A DNA stretch of 64,000 nt. Origin: an uncultured Candidatus Rokubacteria bacterium. Lineage in GTDB: Bacteria; Methylomirabilota; Methylomirabilia; Rokubacteriales; CSP1-6. The notes below the pieces were generated by a model. The model saw only the letters and a program-made list of their open reading frames with translations. It did not search any database and was not told where the DNA came from. Positions 51,782 to 61,181 of this stretch are shown in pieces. The translations under genes were made by a program, and so were the position numbers. The first letter of the stretch is position 1; every line of letters starts with the position of its first letter. The DNA lies in NCBI GenBank assembly GCA_963754315.1, contig CAVWFS010000007.1:704001-768000 (forward strand), read 5' to 3'.

Positions 51782-52951
51782 ATGAATGCACTACCGCTCA
51801 GTCCTTACAGCGTCATCGATCTCACGCGCGCCCGCTCCGGGCCCACCTGTGTCCGCCAGCTGGCCGACATGGGGGCACGCGTCATCAAGGTCGAGGCCCG
51901 CACCGATATCGACGGCGATGCGCCACGCCATGGGTTTGATTTCCAGAACCTGCACCGCAACAAGCGTTCGATCACGTTGGACCTCAAGGCTCCTCGCGGG
52001 CGTGAAGCGCTCGAGCGTCTGGTGGCGCGGGCGGATGTGCTCGTGGAGAATTTCCGTCCAGACGTGAAGCATCGGCTCGGCATCGACTACGAACGTCTCA
52101 GCCAGATCAATCCGCGGCTGGTGTATGCCTCGATCTCCGGGTTCGGTCAAGACGGGCCGTACCGCGACCGCCCCGGCTACGACCAGATCGCCCAGGGCAT
52201 GGGTGGGCTCATGTCGGTGACCGGTCTGCCCGGTCAAGGACCGGTCCGGGTGGGCATCCCCGTGGCCGATCTCACCTCTGGTCTCTACTTGGCCCAAGGT
52301 GTCCTCGTTGCCCTCCTGGAGCGCGAGCGGTCAGGTCGGGGACAATGGGTTCATACCTCGCTGTTGCAGGCCATGGTCACCATGCTGGATTTCCAGGCCA
52401 CGCGCTGGCTCATTGGCGGCGAGATCCCGCCCCAGGCGGGTAATGACCACCCCACGGGGATCCCGACCGGTGTTTTCAAGACCCGAGACGGGCACATCAA
52501 CATCGCGGCTTCGGGCCAGACGATGTTCCGCCGTCTGTGCGGCGCCCTCGGTGTCGACGCTCTGGCCGACGACCCCCGCTTTCGTGCGCTCGCCGACCGC
52601 TCACGTAACCGCCGCGAGCTGAACGCTGAGCTGGAGAAGGCTCTGATCACCCGGACCAGCGCCGCGTGGATCGAGCAGCTGAACATGGCCGGAGTCCCGT
52701 CCGGTCCCATTCTTAACGTGAAGGAAGTCTTCGAGAATGACCAGGTCCGGCACCTCGGGCTGGCCAGGCCGGTGACTCACCCCAAGCTCGGCGAGATCCA
52801 GGTACAGGCGTCGGGGGTGAACCTCGAGCGGACGCCGGGCGGACCGCGCGCGGCTGCACCCGAGCTGGGCGAGCACACCGAGGAGATCCTCGGCGAGGTC
52901 GGCTACTCGGCGGCCGAGATCGAAGCGTTGCGTCGCGACGGGGTCGTTTGA
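51782..52951 (+). CDS. CaiB/BaiF family (class III) CoA-transferase
   Basis: VIDLTRARSGP, HRNKRSITLDLK, ENFRP, PGYDQIAQG and PELGEHT. Confidence 0.93.
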   Translation: MNALPLSPYSVIDLTRARSGPTCVRQLADMGARVIKVEARTDIDGDAPRHGFDFQNLHRNKRSITLDLKAPRGREALERLVARADVLVENFRPDVKHRLGIDYERLSQINPRLVYASISGFGQDGPYRDRPGYDQIAQGMGGLMSVTGLPGQGPVRVGIPVADLTSGLYLAQGVLVALLERERSGRGQWVHTSLLQAMVTMLDFQATRWLIGGEIPPQAGNDHPTGIPTGVFKTRDGHINIAASGQTMFRRLCGALGVDALADDPRFRALADRSRNRRELNAELEKALITRTSAAWIEQLNMAGVPSGPILNVKEVFENDQVRHLGLARPVTHPKLGEIQVQASGVNLERTPGGPRAAAPELGEHTEEILGEVGYSAAEIEALRRDGVV

Positions 52952-52954
52952 TTC

Positions 52955-53816
52955 GTGCGTCGATTCCTGGCCCTCTCTGCTCCTGTGCGTCGTCCCGACT
53001 GGCCTGGCCGAAGCCCAGGATCTGCAAGGGACCCTCAAGAAGGTCAAGGATAGTGGCAGCCTGAATCTCGGTTTCCGCGAGAGCTCGCGGCCGTTCTCGT
53101 TCGCGGGCCCCGAAGGTAGACCAGCCGGCTACTCCATCGATTTGTGCCTCCGCGTCGTGGAGTCCGTGCGGGAACAGCTCAAGCTGTCGAGCCTCAAGAC
53201 CCAGTGGTTCCCGGTGACGCCGGAGAACCGAATCCAGTTGGTTACCAGCGGCGCCATCGATCTCGAATGCGGATCCACGACGGTCACGCTCGGCCGGCAA
53301 ACCTTGGTGGACTTCAGCCTCCTCACCTTCGTGGACGGCGGCAGCCTGCTGGCACGCCTCGGCTCGAATATCACCACGCCGGCCGACCTGGCCGGCAAGC
53401 GCGTGGCCGTGGTCCCGCGCACCACGACCGAGAAAGCGCTGACCGACGCCCTGCAGAAGAGCTGGATCACGACCGCGCGGATCGTCAGCGTCAAGGAAAA
53501 CGCCGAGGGCCTGGCGGCCGTCGAGCAAGGCCGTGCCGACGCCTTCGCATCGGATCGCACTGTCCTCGTCGGCCTCCTCGGGCAGGCCAAGGACCCCAAG
53601 CAGCTCCGGGTGAGCGGGCAGTACTTCTCCTACGAACCGTATGCCCTGATGCTGCGTCGCGACGATCCGGACTTTCGACTGGCCGTCAACCGCGCCCTGG
53701 TCAGGCTCTATGAATCCGTGCACATCACGCAGATCTACGAGGCATGGTTCGGGCGCTTCAGTCAGGCCAGCAACCTCGTGCGCGCGATGTACTCGCTCAA
53801 CAGCCTCCCGGAGTAA
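52955..53816 (+). CDS. Amino acid ABC transporter substrate-binding protein (GltI-like), frameshift in the signal-peptide region near 52977
   Basis: GTG 52955 VRRFLAL / LLLCVVPTGLAEAQD...TLKKVK.SG...LGFRESS.PFSF, GYSIDLC, DLECGSTT and EPYALMLR.DD. Confidence 0.85.
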
Positions 53817-53888
53817 CACGTTCGGGGGTCCCGAAGTGGCGCAGCAGGTTTCCGATGTTGATGGCATGCCCAGGGTAGCGGAAAACGC

Positions 53889-53919
53889 GAGAGGCCCAGG
53901 GCTTCGGCCTGGGCCTCTT
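53889..53919 (-). terminator. Rho-independent terminator of the PEP-CTERM gene
   Basis: GAGAGGCCCAGGGC-TTCG-GCCTGGGCCTCTT hairpin, followed by GTTTTC on the minus strand. Confidence 0.7.
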
Positions 53920-53941
53920 GACGCTAGGGAAGGTGGAGGAA

Positions 53942-54525
53942 CTACTTCTGCCGGCGGAGCCGAAGGCCGAACCCGGCCGCCCCCGCGAGACCGGTGCCTA
54001 GCAGGATCAACGTTCCCGGTTCGGGCACCGCAGAAACCGATCCAGAATAGCTTCCGGCAGTGCCGCTCCCCCCAACGAGAGGATTTTCCGCAGAGAACTG
54101 GAACGTGGCTGTGACAACGCCGGGTTGGACCAGCCCAGCGAGAACCGGGTTTGGCTCTGCTCCTGGGCCTGCTGGTGGCTCATACTGGAAGTCGGTGAGA
54201 TTGATCTGGCCGAGAAAGTTGGTAGCGCCGAACACCGGGGTGGCGATGATACTGTTCCAGGCGAGATCCGCCGTCCATTCTCCACCGTTCCCGTCGTCAA
54301 CGGAAAGAGTGCCGTCGCCAGTTACCAGGCCAACTCCCAACCCCGCGCCCAGGATCGTGAAAGTCCCCTCTATGGTTCGCCGAACAGCCCAACAAGCGCG
54401 GCTGGGCCATTCGTGATCTGGAAATCGGCACCGCCGTCCTCGGGGACGAATTCGAATTGGTTCGGGTTCCCCGTGAATTCTGTGCCAGCGCCCGCAACGC
54501 TCGTGAAGTCGAAGCTGACCGCATC
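53942..54525 (-). pseudogene. PEP-CTERM sorting-domain protein lacking its signal peptide (frameshift near 54375)
   Basis: C-terminal VPEPGTLILLGTGLAG...RLRRQK. The mature region starts DAVSFDFTS and is fused to a dehydrogenase fragment. Confidence 0.75.
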
Positions 54526-55060
54526 GCAATCGTTGGCGAACTTCACGGCGTCCTGGTCGGGCCCGATCGTTGAGAGACCGAGAGACGCGAGAATCTTGAG
54601 CCGGAAGGGCTTGATCTCGGCTACCACGACGTCAGCCCCCCGGTGGCGAGCCACCATGGCGATGAGAGCGCCGATGGGGCCTCCGCCGAACACCAGCACC
54701 CTGTCACCCGGTTTTACACCGGCGCGGCTCACGTCGTGGGTGGCGATCGCAAGAGGCTCGATCAGGGCCGCGTGATCGTCGCTGAGGGCAGCCGGAACCT
54801 TCAGCAGGCGTGACACAGGCACCGCCCAGTAGTCCTTGCATGCCGCCCGTCACGTCGACTCCCAGGACCCAGGTCATAGCAGAGGTAGGACGCTCCCATC
54901 CGACAGGCTCGGCATGTTCCGCAGAAGCGGAGCGGCTCCACTACCACTCGGTCGCCCACCTGGAAACCGCTGCCGACCGGCGCTTCCGCGACCTCGGCGA
55001 ACGTCTCGTGCCCGATGATGCCTCCCCTCGAGACGCGGTGGTCGAGATGGCCCTTGACCC
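54526..55060 (-). pseudogene. Internal fragment of a zinc-binding (sorbitol/threonine-type) dehydrogenase
   Basis: KGHLDHRV..GIIGHE...GDRVVVEP..CGTCRAC...IEPLAIA.H...GGGPIG, with frameshifts. Both the N- and C-termini are missing. Confidence 0.75.
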
Positions 55061-55207
55061 GGTGGGATCCGGGCTCTGCGTTGATGGCCGACAGTATGGT
55101 CTCTCCCAGACTCTCGTGGATCAGCGCCTAAACGGTATCAGATGTGATCGACCTCAGCGGTCGGTTAGGTGGGGTCGGGTGAATCGTGGCGAGCGGCGGG
55201 GCAACGG

Positions 55208-55238
55208 GAGCGGACCGGGTTGGTCCCGGTCCGCTCCG
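55208..55238. terminator. Strong hairpin downstream of the lipoprotein gene
   Basis: GGAGCGGACCGGG-TTGGT-CCCGGTCCGCTCC, a 13-bp stem. Confidence 0.55.
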
Positions 55239-55249
55239 GTAAAACGCAG

Positions 55250-55687
55250 CTATTGCGCCCGCTTGGTGAAGGAACCCGAGAACGGCCCTCGATCGTCGCG
55301 GCCGAAGCCCGAGAGCTGCATAGCTCCACCGGGGCCTTCCTGGACGTCGAACGTCCCCGAGGCGATGTTCAGGTCGGAGCTAGGTCCCGTACGACCGGTC
55401 CGGTTGAACACGAGCTGGCCATCGACCACGCTGATCTTCCCCGTCGTGGTGATATCCGTCTGTATGATCGTGGCCCTGTAGTTGCCGTTGGCGTCGATGG
55501 TCATGTCGGCCGGTGTCGGCGCCCCTGACGTCCCGACGTACGACCCGGTCCATTTCCCCGCGAGCTTAGGAATGATCGACGCGTCAACAGCCTTCGAATG
55601 CGTCTTCGACGCGCACGCAACGACCCCTACCGCCAGCACCCCTAGGACAAGACTACCGACTGCCGAGCGAAACCCCAGTCCCCTCAT
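55250..55687 (-). CDS. Hypothetical lipoprotein
   Basis: Signal peptide with VVAC lipobox, LAGKWTG beta-rich body, GGAGGG RBS and TATAAT upstream (55777-55782, minus strand). Confidence 0.75.
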   Translation of the reverse strand: MRGLGFRSAVGSLVLGVLAVGVVACASKTHSKAVDASIIPKLAGKWTGSYVGTSGAPTPADMTIDANGNYRATIIQTDITTTGKISVVDGQLVFNRTGRTGPSSDLNIASGTFDVQEGPGGAMQLSGFGRDDRGPFSGSFTKRAQ

Positions 55688-55852
55688 GAGACCCCCCTCC
55701 TGACTCTGAGTGACTTCCTGCGGTTTCCGATTCGCAATCGCAACTGATGCGGGATGACCCCCTCCAACCAGGCAAGATTATAGGCAGTCTGGCTGGTTTT
55801 CGGAAGAGGAAATTACCCCTGAGCCAGGCACCGTCGGCCTCTGGACTCCGGT

Positions 55853-56872
55853 TCAGCCCTCTCCGCGCCTCGGCGGGCGCTCGGCACGGGCTCGGGCGGC
55901 CCGCGCTTCCTCGGTCTGCCCCACCCCCTCCAGCAGGTTTGCCAGGCGCTCGTACAGGGGCCCGAGATCCCGGGGGTCCGGGTCGTCCTCGTAGATCGCC
56001 ACCGCACGGCGTAGTAGAGACAGGGCCAGGACAGGCTGCTGCAGGCCCTGGTATAGATCGGCTAGCCGCTCGAGGCAGGCCGCCACACCCGGTCCGTTGG
56101 GGCCCCCGATCTCCTCCAAGGTGACCAGCGAACGACGAAGCAGTGGGGCCGCCAGCTCGAACTCGCCGTCGTCCATGAACAGCTCGGCCAGGTACTGGGC
56201 CACTTCGGCGACAGGTGGCGAGTTGGCGCCGAGGGTGTGCTCGTAGGCAGACAGTGCGCGACGGTAAAAGCGTTCGGCCTTGTCGGGTTCGCCGAGCGCG
56301 TCGCAGCAGAGGGCCAGTCCCTCCAGAGCTTCGGCAACCTCGAGGTGGTCGGGACCGAACGTCGTCTCCAGAATGTCGAGCGCGCGCCGGTAGAAGGGCT
56401 CCGCGTCCTCCTCACGTCCGGCGTCGCGCAGAACAATAGCCATCCCGAGCAACGCCCGTCCCACGTCCGGATGGCGTACGCCTACCGCTTCCTCCAGGAT
56501 GCGGCGCCCCCGGCGAAACAGCTCCCGTCCACGTTTGATCTCGCCCGTGGTCGCAGCCACGCAACCAAGCGCGGTCAGCAGGGTCCCCAGCTCCTCGTGA
56601 TCGGCTCCTCGGAGGCGCTCCACCAGCGCGAGGCGCTGTTCCCCTATCTCCCAGGCGCCGGCCGGATCCGTGCTGCGACGCATCTCGAACAGCTCGCCGA
56701 GGATCTCAGCACGGGCCTCGTCACCGGCGCCGGCTCGCTCAGCCTCCGCCAAGGCCTCGCCGAAACGCAGCTCAGCCCGCACGTATTCCCCCGCACCTTC
56801 CGAGAATCGGGCAGCATCGAACAAGATTCGCCACCGACTGTCTGACTCCGAGCCAGGATGCGTCTCGCTCAC
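55853..56872 (-). CDS. Tetratricopeptide repeat protein (kinesin light chain-like 42-aa repeats)
   Basis: Repeated AE..YRRAL.I.E..G.DH..VA..L..LA units. Confidence 0.85.
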   Translation of the reverse strand: MSETHPGSESDSRWRILFDAARFSEGAGEYVRAELRFGEALAEAERAGAGDEARAEILGELFEMRRSTDPAGAWEIGEQRLALVERLRGADHEELGTLLTALGCVAATTGEIKRGRELFRRGRRILEEAVGVRHPDVGRALLGMAIVLRDAGREEDAEPFYRRALDILETTFGPDHLEVAEALEGLALCCDALGEPDKAERFYRRALSAYEHTLGANSPPVAEVAQYLAELFMDDGEFELAAPLLRRSLVTLEEIGGPNGPGVAACLERLADLYQGLQQPVLALSLLRRAVAIYEDDPDPRDLGPLYERLANLLEGVGQTEEARAARARAERPPRRGEG

Positions 56873-57052
56873 CGCGTATGCCCCTCCCGCGCTCCGAGTG
56901 TACGCGAAAGTCCCTCGGGCGCACGATGAGGCGGTTCCATGAGGAGACCAACGGCCTGACTCCCGGCCGATTGTGCTGCTCTCCTGACGGTGCTAGCCTA
57001 CCCATGGCCTTCTTGCCCACGGGCCGGAGAGATCCACCAGGGGAGGGATTCG

Positions 57053-58264
57053 ATGATGCTCGCGCGCACACCAAAGGTGGCAGTTGCTCCGCTGGCGATT
57101 GTCCTGGCCCTGAGCGTCCTCTGGGCGGCCGTCCCTTGGGTCCGAGCGGCCGACCATGGCGACGCGCCGTTCGCCTCGAGCTACGCCGCAGGCGACACCA
57201 ACGACGTCTACGCTTTCCTCGACCCCAACGACAACAGTCAGATCGTGATCATCCTGACGCTGAGGGGTTTCATCGCTGCGGGCGAGAATGCAAACTTTGG
57301 GAACTTCGATCCTCGGATTCTCTCGGCGATCGAGCTTGAGCTGACGGGAGACGCGCAAGCCGATCTGTTCGCCTTCGTGGGGTTCAGTCCTCAGATCTTG
57401 CGGACCGCGCCGCAAACCGCCACCATCTCGGTGGCGACCGCCCCGGGCCAGGCCCCGATCCTCAGCTTCACCGCGCCGACGACGATCTCGTCGACCGCGG
57501 CCACAGCCCCACCGCGGACCATAACCACCCATGAGCCGACCGGCATCCAGTTCTTCGCCGGAATGACCGACGACCCGTTCTTCTTCGACATCCCCGGGTT
57601 CAGCCGGTTCGTGAACTCCGTAGTCACCGGAGCACCGGACCCGTCACAACTCCTCCGGGGCCGTGACAGCTTCGCCGGGTACAACACGATGGCGATCGCC
57701 TTCCGATTCTCGCGGAACTTGATGCCATCAGGCTTGACGAGCCTCGGAGTCGGTGCGCGGACGTTCCGAGTCAGCGGCACCATCGGCCAGCCGGACTTTG
57801 AGATCATCGAGCAGCTCGACCGAATTGCCACTCCGGCCGTCAACGTGGCGCTCGTCCCCTTCCCCAGCAAGGAAGCGCACAACGTGGCGTCCCCGCTCGA
57901 CGACGCCGCCGGTGCGTTTGCAGGTGGAATCGTGGCCACTCTGACCGTGCTCGGGACGAATGAGGCCAACATCAGTTTTCTGGCCAGTCTCGCCGTGAGC
58001 AACGGCGACCTTCTGCGCCTGAACCTGAACACTCCGAACACCGGCAGTGGCGGCGGCACCAATGGGCCAGCGGCCTTTCCGAACGGCCGTCGTCTCGGCG
58101 ACGACGTTGTGGACACTTTGCTCACCGTTATCACCAATGGGGGGATCACCACCGGGGATAACGTCAACGGGAACGAGCTGCCGCTTCTGAACGAGTTCCC
58201 GTTCCTGGCCCTGCCTCACCAGCCGCGCAATCCGGGCGTGCTCGACGACCAGACGCGGAACTGA
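57053..58264 (+). CDS. DUF4331 family secreted protein
   Basis: Signal peptide then AADHGDAP, D.NDVYAF, FAG..DDPFFFD, D.FAGYN, FPNGRRL.DDVVD and FPFLA.PH. Confidence 0.85.
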   Translation: MMLARTPKVAVAPLAIVLALSVLWAAVPWVRAADHGDAPFASSYAAGDTNDVYAFLDPNDNSQIVIILTLRGFIAAGENANFGNFDPRILSAIELELTGDAQADLFAFVGFSPQILRTAPQTATISVATAPGQAPILSFTAPTTISSTAATAPPRTITTHEPTGIQFFAGMTDDPFFFDIPGFSRFVNSVVTGAPDPSQLLRGRDSFAGYNTMAIAFRFSRNLMPSGLTSLGVGARTFRVSGTIGQPDFEIIEQLDRIATPAVNVALVPFPSKEAHNVASPLDDAAGAFAGGIVATLTVLGTNEANISFLASLAVSNGDLLRLNLNTPNTGSGGGTNGPAAFPNGRRLGDDVVDTLLTVITNGGITTGDNVNGNELPLLNEFPFLALPHQPRNPGVLDDQTRN

Positions 58265-58296
58265 CGCCGGACCGCGAAGCTGACGAGGAGGTGGGA

Positions 58297-59577
58297 ATGG
58301 TCGGCCGGGTTGGGTTGGCCGTCGTTCTCCTCCTCGTGCTGGGGTTGGCCGCGGAGCTCCGTGGTCAGCCCCGGCCGACCGACGATCTCATCAAGTATTA
58401 CCAGGCGAGGCTCGCCCGCCGCGCCGATGACCTTCGTAACTATACCGGGTTGGGGCGAGCCTACATTCTGAAGGCTCGCGAGACGGGAGATCCCCAGTAC
58501 TACGACTTGGCCGACAAGGTCCTGACCCGCAGTCTGGAGCTCGGACCCGACCCGGCCACCGCGTCGGGCGCCGCCACCGAGCTCGCGATGGTTCAGATGG
58601 CTCGCCACCAGTTCCGCGAGGCGTTGGCCACGGCCCGGAAGGCGCTCGCCTACAGCTCCGAAAACCTCAGCGCATACGGCCCCCTCGGCGACGCCCATGT
58701 CGAGCTGGGTGAGTACGCGCAGGCAGCGGCCGCCTACGACCGAATGAAGGCGCTCTCAGGTCCGCTCTATCCGCACAGCCGCCTCTCGATGCTCTGGTTC
58801 CTGAACGGGGATCCTGCTGGAGCGATCGCCGAGATGCGTCGCGCGGTCGAGTCGGCCACCGTGGGCAGCCAGCCGAAGGAGAACGTGGCCTGGGCCGAGT
58901 TCAAGCTCGGAACGATGCTGTTCCAGACCGGCAATCTCTCGGCGGCCGAGCAAGCCCATCATGCCGCGCTGGCCGCGTATCCGGGTTATCACCGCGCCAT
59001 GGCCGGTCTGGCCCAGGTGCGCGCCGCGCAGGGACGCTACCCGGAGGCCATAGAGCTCTACCGCAAGGCTCTCGGTGTCATCCCCCTGCCCGACTACGCC
59101 GCGAACCTCGGCGACGTCTACACGAAAGTGGGGCGTTCCGAGGAGGCCCGCAAGCAATATGCCCTGGTCGAGTACATCGGCCTCCTCAACACATTCAACA
59201 AGGTGCTCTACAACCGCGAGCTCGCCCTCTTCTACCTGGACCACGACCTGAAACTCGCCGAGGCCCTGGACCTCGCCCGCCGGGAGCTCGGCGTCCGCCC
59301 CGATCTCTACTCGCACGACGTGCTGGCCTGGGCGCTCTACAAGAACGGCAGAACCGCGGAGGCGCTCGCGCCTATGAGCGAGGCACTACGGCTGGGCACG
59401 AAGGACCCGCGGCTCTTCTTCCACTCCGGCATGATCCATCGGGCCGCCGGCGATGCACGTCGCGCGCGCGACGATTTGGCTCGGGCCCTGGCGGCGAATC
59501 CGCACTTCCATCCCCTGCAAGCCGAGGTAGCCCGGCAGACCCTGAACGAGCTAGAAGCGCTCTCGCCGAAGCCGTGA
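58297..59577 (+). CDS. Secreted tetratricopeptide repeat protein
   Basis: N-terminal signal or TM segment, ARETGDP.YY, GDA.VELG.Y, D.LAWALY and FHSGMI. Confidence 0.85.
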   Translation: MVGRVGLAVVLLLVLGLAAELRGQPRPTDDLIKYYQARLARRADDLRNYTGLGRAYILKARETGDPQYYDLADKVLTRSLELGPDPATASGAATELAMVQMARHQFREALATARKALAYSSENLSAYGPLGDAHVELGEYAQAAAAYDRMKALSGPLYPHSRLSMLWFLNGDPAGAIAEMRRAVESATVGSQPKENVAWAEFKLGTMLFQTGNLSAAEQAHHAALAAYPGYHRAMAGLAQVRAAQGRYPEAIELYRKALGVIPLPDYAANLGDVYTKVGRSEEARKQYALVEYIGLLNTFNKVLYNRELALFYLDHDLKLAEALDLARRELGVRPDLYSHDVLAWALYKNGRTAEALAPMSEALRLGTKDPRLFFHSGMIHRAAGDARRARDDLARALAANPHFHPLQAEVARQTLNELEALSPKP

Positions 59578-61163
59578 CTCGCCGAACGTCTGCGCCATCC
59601 CATGCCGCGAGCCTCCGCTGGCTGGCGCGGCTGGCGGTGGCAGCGCTCGTGCTCATTCCCTGCGCGTCTCTAGGGCATCCCCTCGGCAATTTCAGCATCA
59701 GCCAGTACACGGCCATCCGTGTGGAGCGCGATGCCGTGGACCTGCGCTACCTGATCGACCTCGCTGAAATCCCGACCTTCCAGGAGATCCAGGACACCGG
59801 ACTCGTCGCCGACGTCGGCCATCCGAGCGTGCGCTCCTATCTGGCCCGCAAGGTCGAGACGCTGAAGGAGGGTCTGCGGCTCGAGGTCGACGGCGTGCGC
59901 CTGCCACTGCAGACGCAATCGAGTGAGGTGATCTTCCCTCCGGGCGCGGGCGACCTTCCCACGATGAAGCTCGGCGTCGTTTACCGCGCATTGCTGCCGT
60001 CGTCGGCCAACGCGACCCGTTCGCTCCAGTATCTAGACGGGAACTTTCCGGATCGAGTCGGTTGGAAGGAGATCATTGCGGTGGCACGGCCTGGTGTCAC
60101 GGTCTCGCGGAGCACCGTGCCGTCGCGTGACCGGAGCCGCGAGCTGGCCGACTATCCGACCGATCTGATGGATAGCCCGCCACAGGATCGGGAAGCACGG
60201 CTCGTCTTCACGACCGACCCACTCCCGCTGCCGGCGGCCAGCACGCCGTCAGCGCCTTCCCTGCGCGGCCCATCGTCGTCAAGCGAAACTGTCGCACCCG
60301 GCCCGACCCGGCAGGCCGAGCCCGCCGCCAGCCCCGATCCTCCCCCCAGCGAACCCGCCCTCCGGCTGGAAGCGAACACGCAGACCACTCCGCGGAACGC
60401 GCTCACGGACCTGGTGAGGACGAAGGAGCTGAGCGCGGGCATCGTTGTCCTGGCCCTCGCCATCGCGGTCAGCCTTGGCGCCTTCCATGCCTTGGAGCCC
60501 GGCCACGGAAAGACCGTCGTGGCCGCCTATCTCGTCGGCGCGCGAGGGACGGCGTGGCACGCGGTCGTGCTCGGCTTGATCGTGACGGTCTCACACACGG
60601 CTGGCGTCTATGTGCTGGGCGCGGTGACGCTCTTCGCGTCACGGTACGTGGTGCCGGAGCGCCTCTATCCGTGGCTCGCCGTCGGCTCCGGCGTGGTCAT
60701 CGCCATCGTCGGCTTCACCCTGTTCCTACGCCGGTACGGGGGCCACGAGCCTCCTCATGCGCACCATCACGGCCCTGGCGAGCACGGGCACGAGCATGGT
60801 CACGGTCATGGTCATGGCGAGCATGCCGTCACCGTGCCGGCCCTGGTTGGTCTGGGCGTGACAGGCGGAATCGTTCCCTGTCCCGCCGCTCTCGTCGTGC
60901 TGCTCAGCTCGCTCGCCCTGAACCGGATCGGTTTCGGCCTGCTTCTGATCGTGGCCTTCAGCGTGGGCCTCGCCGCGGTCCTCATCGCGATTGGTCTGCT
61001 GATGGTTTACGCGCGCCGCTTCATGGCTCGATTCCAGGGAGAGGGACCACTCATAAAGCGCTGGCTGCCGCTGACCTCATCCGCCGTCATCACGATCCTC
61101 GGCATCGCGATTGCGATCCAGGGACTGATGGCCGCCGGGATCCTCCACGTGAAACTCGGCTAG
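59574..61163 (+). CDS. Ni/Co transporter (RcnA/HoxN-like) with N-terminal extracytoplasmic domain
   Basis: HPLGNFS N-terminal domain, HALEPGHGKT, SHTAGV, His-rich loop HAHHHGPGEHGHEHGHGHGHGEH and GG..PCPAAL. Confidence 0.85.
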   Translation: MTRRTSAPSHAASLRWLARLAVAALVLIPCASLGHPLGNFSISQYTAIRVERDAVDLRYLIDLAEIPTFQEIQDTGLVADVGHPSVRSYLARKVETLKEGLRLEVDGVRLPLQTQSSEVIFPPGAGDLPTMKLGVVYRALLPSSANATRSLQYLDGNFPDRVGWKEIIAVARPGVTVSRSTVPSRDRSRELADYPTDLMDSPPQDREARLVFTTDPLPLPAASTPSAPSLRGPSSSSETVAPGPTRQAEPAASPDPPPSEPALRLEANTQTTPRNALTDLVRTKELSAGIVVLALAIAVSLGAFHALEPGHGKTVVAAYLVGARGTAWHAVVLGLIVTVSHTAGVYVLGAVTLFASRYVVPERLYPWLAVGSGVVIAIVGFTLFLRRYGGHEPPHAHHHGPGEHGHEHGHGHGHGEHAVTVPALVGLGVTGGIVPCPAALVVLLSSLALNRIGFGLLLIVAFSVGLAAVLIAIGLLMVYARRFMARFQGEGPLIKRWLPLTSSAVITILGIAIAIQGLMAAGILHVKLG

Positions 61164-61181
61164 ATAGTCCGGGCAGAGAGG

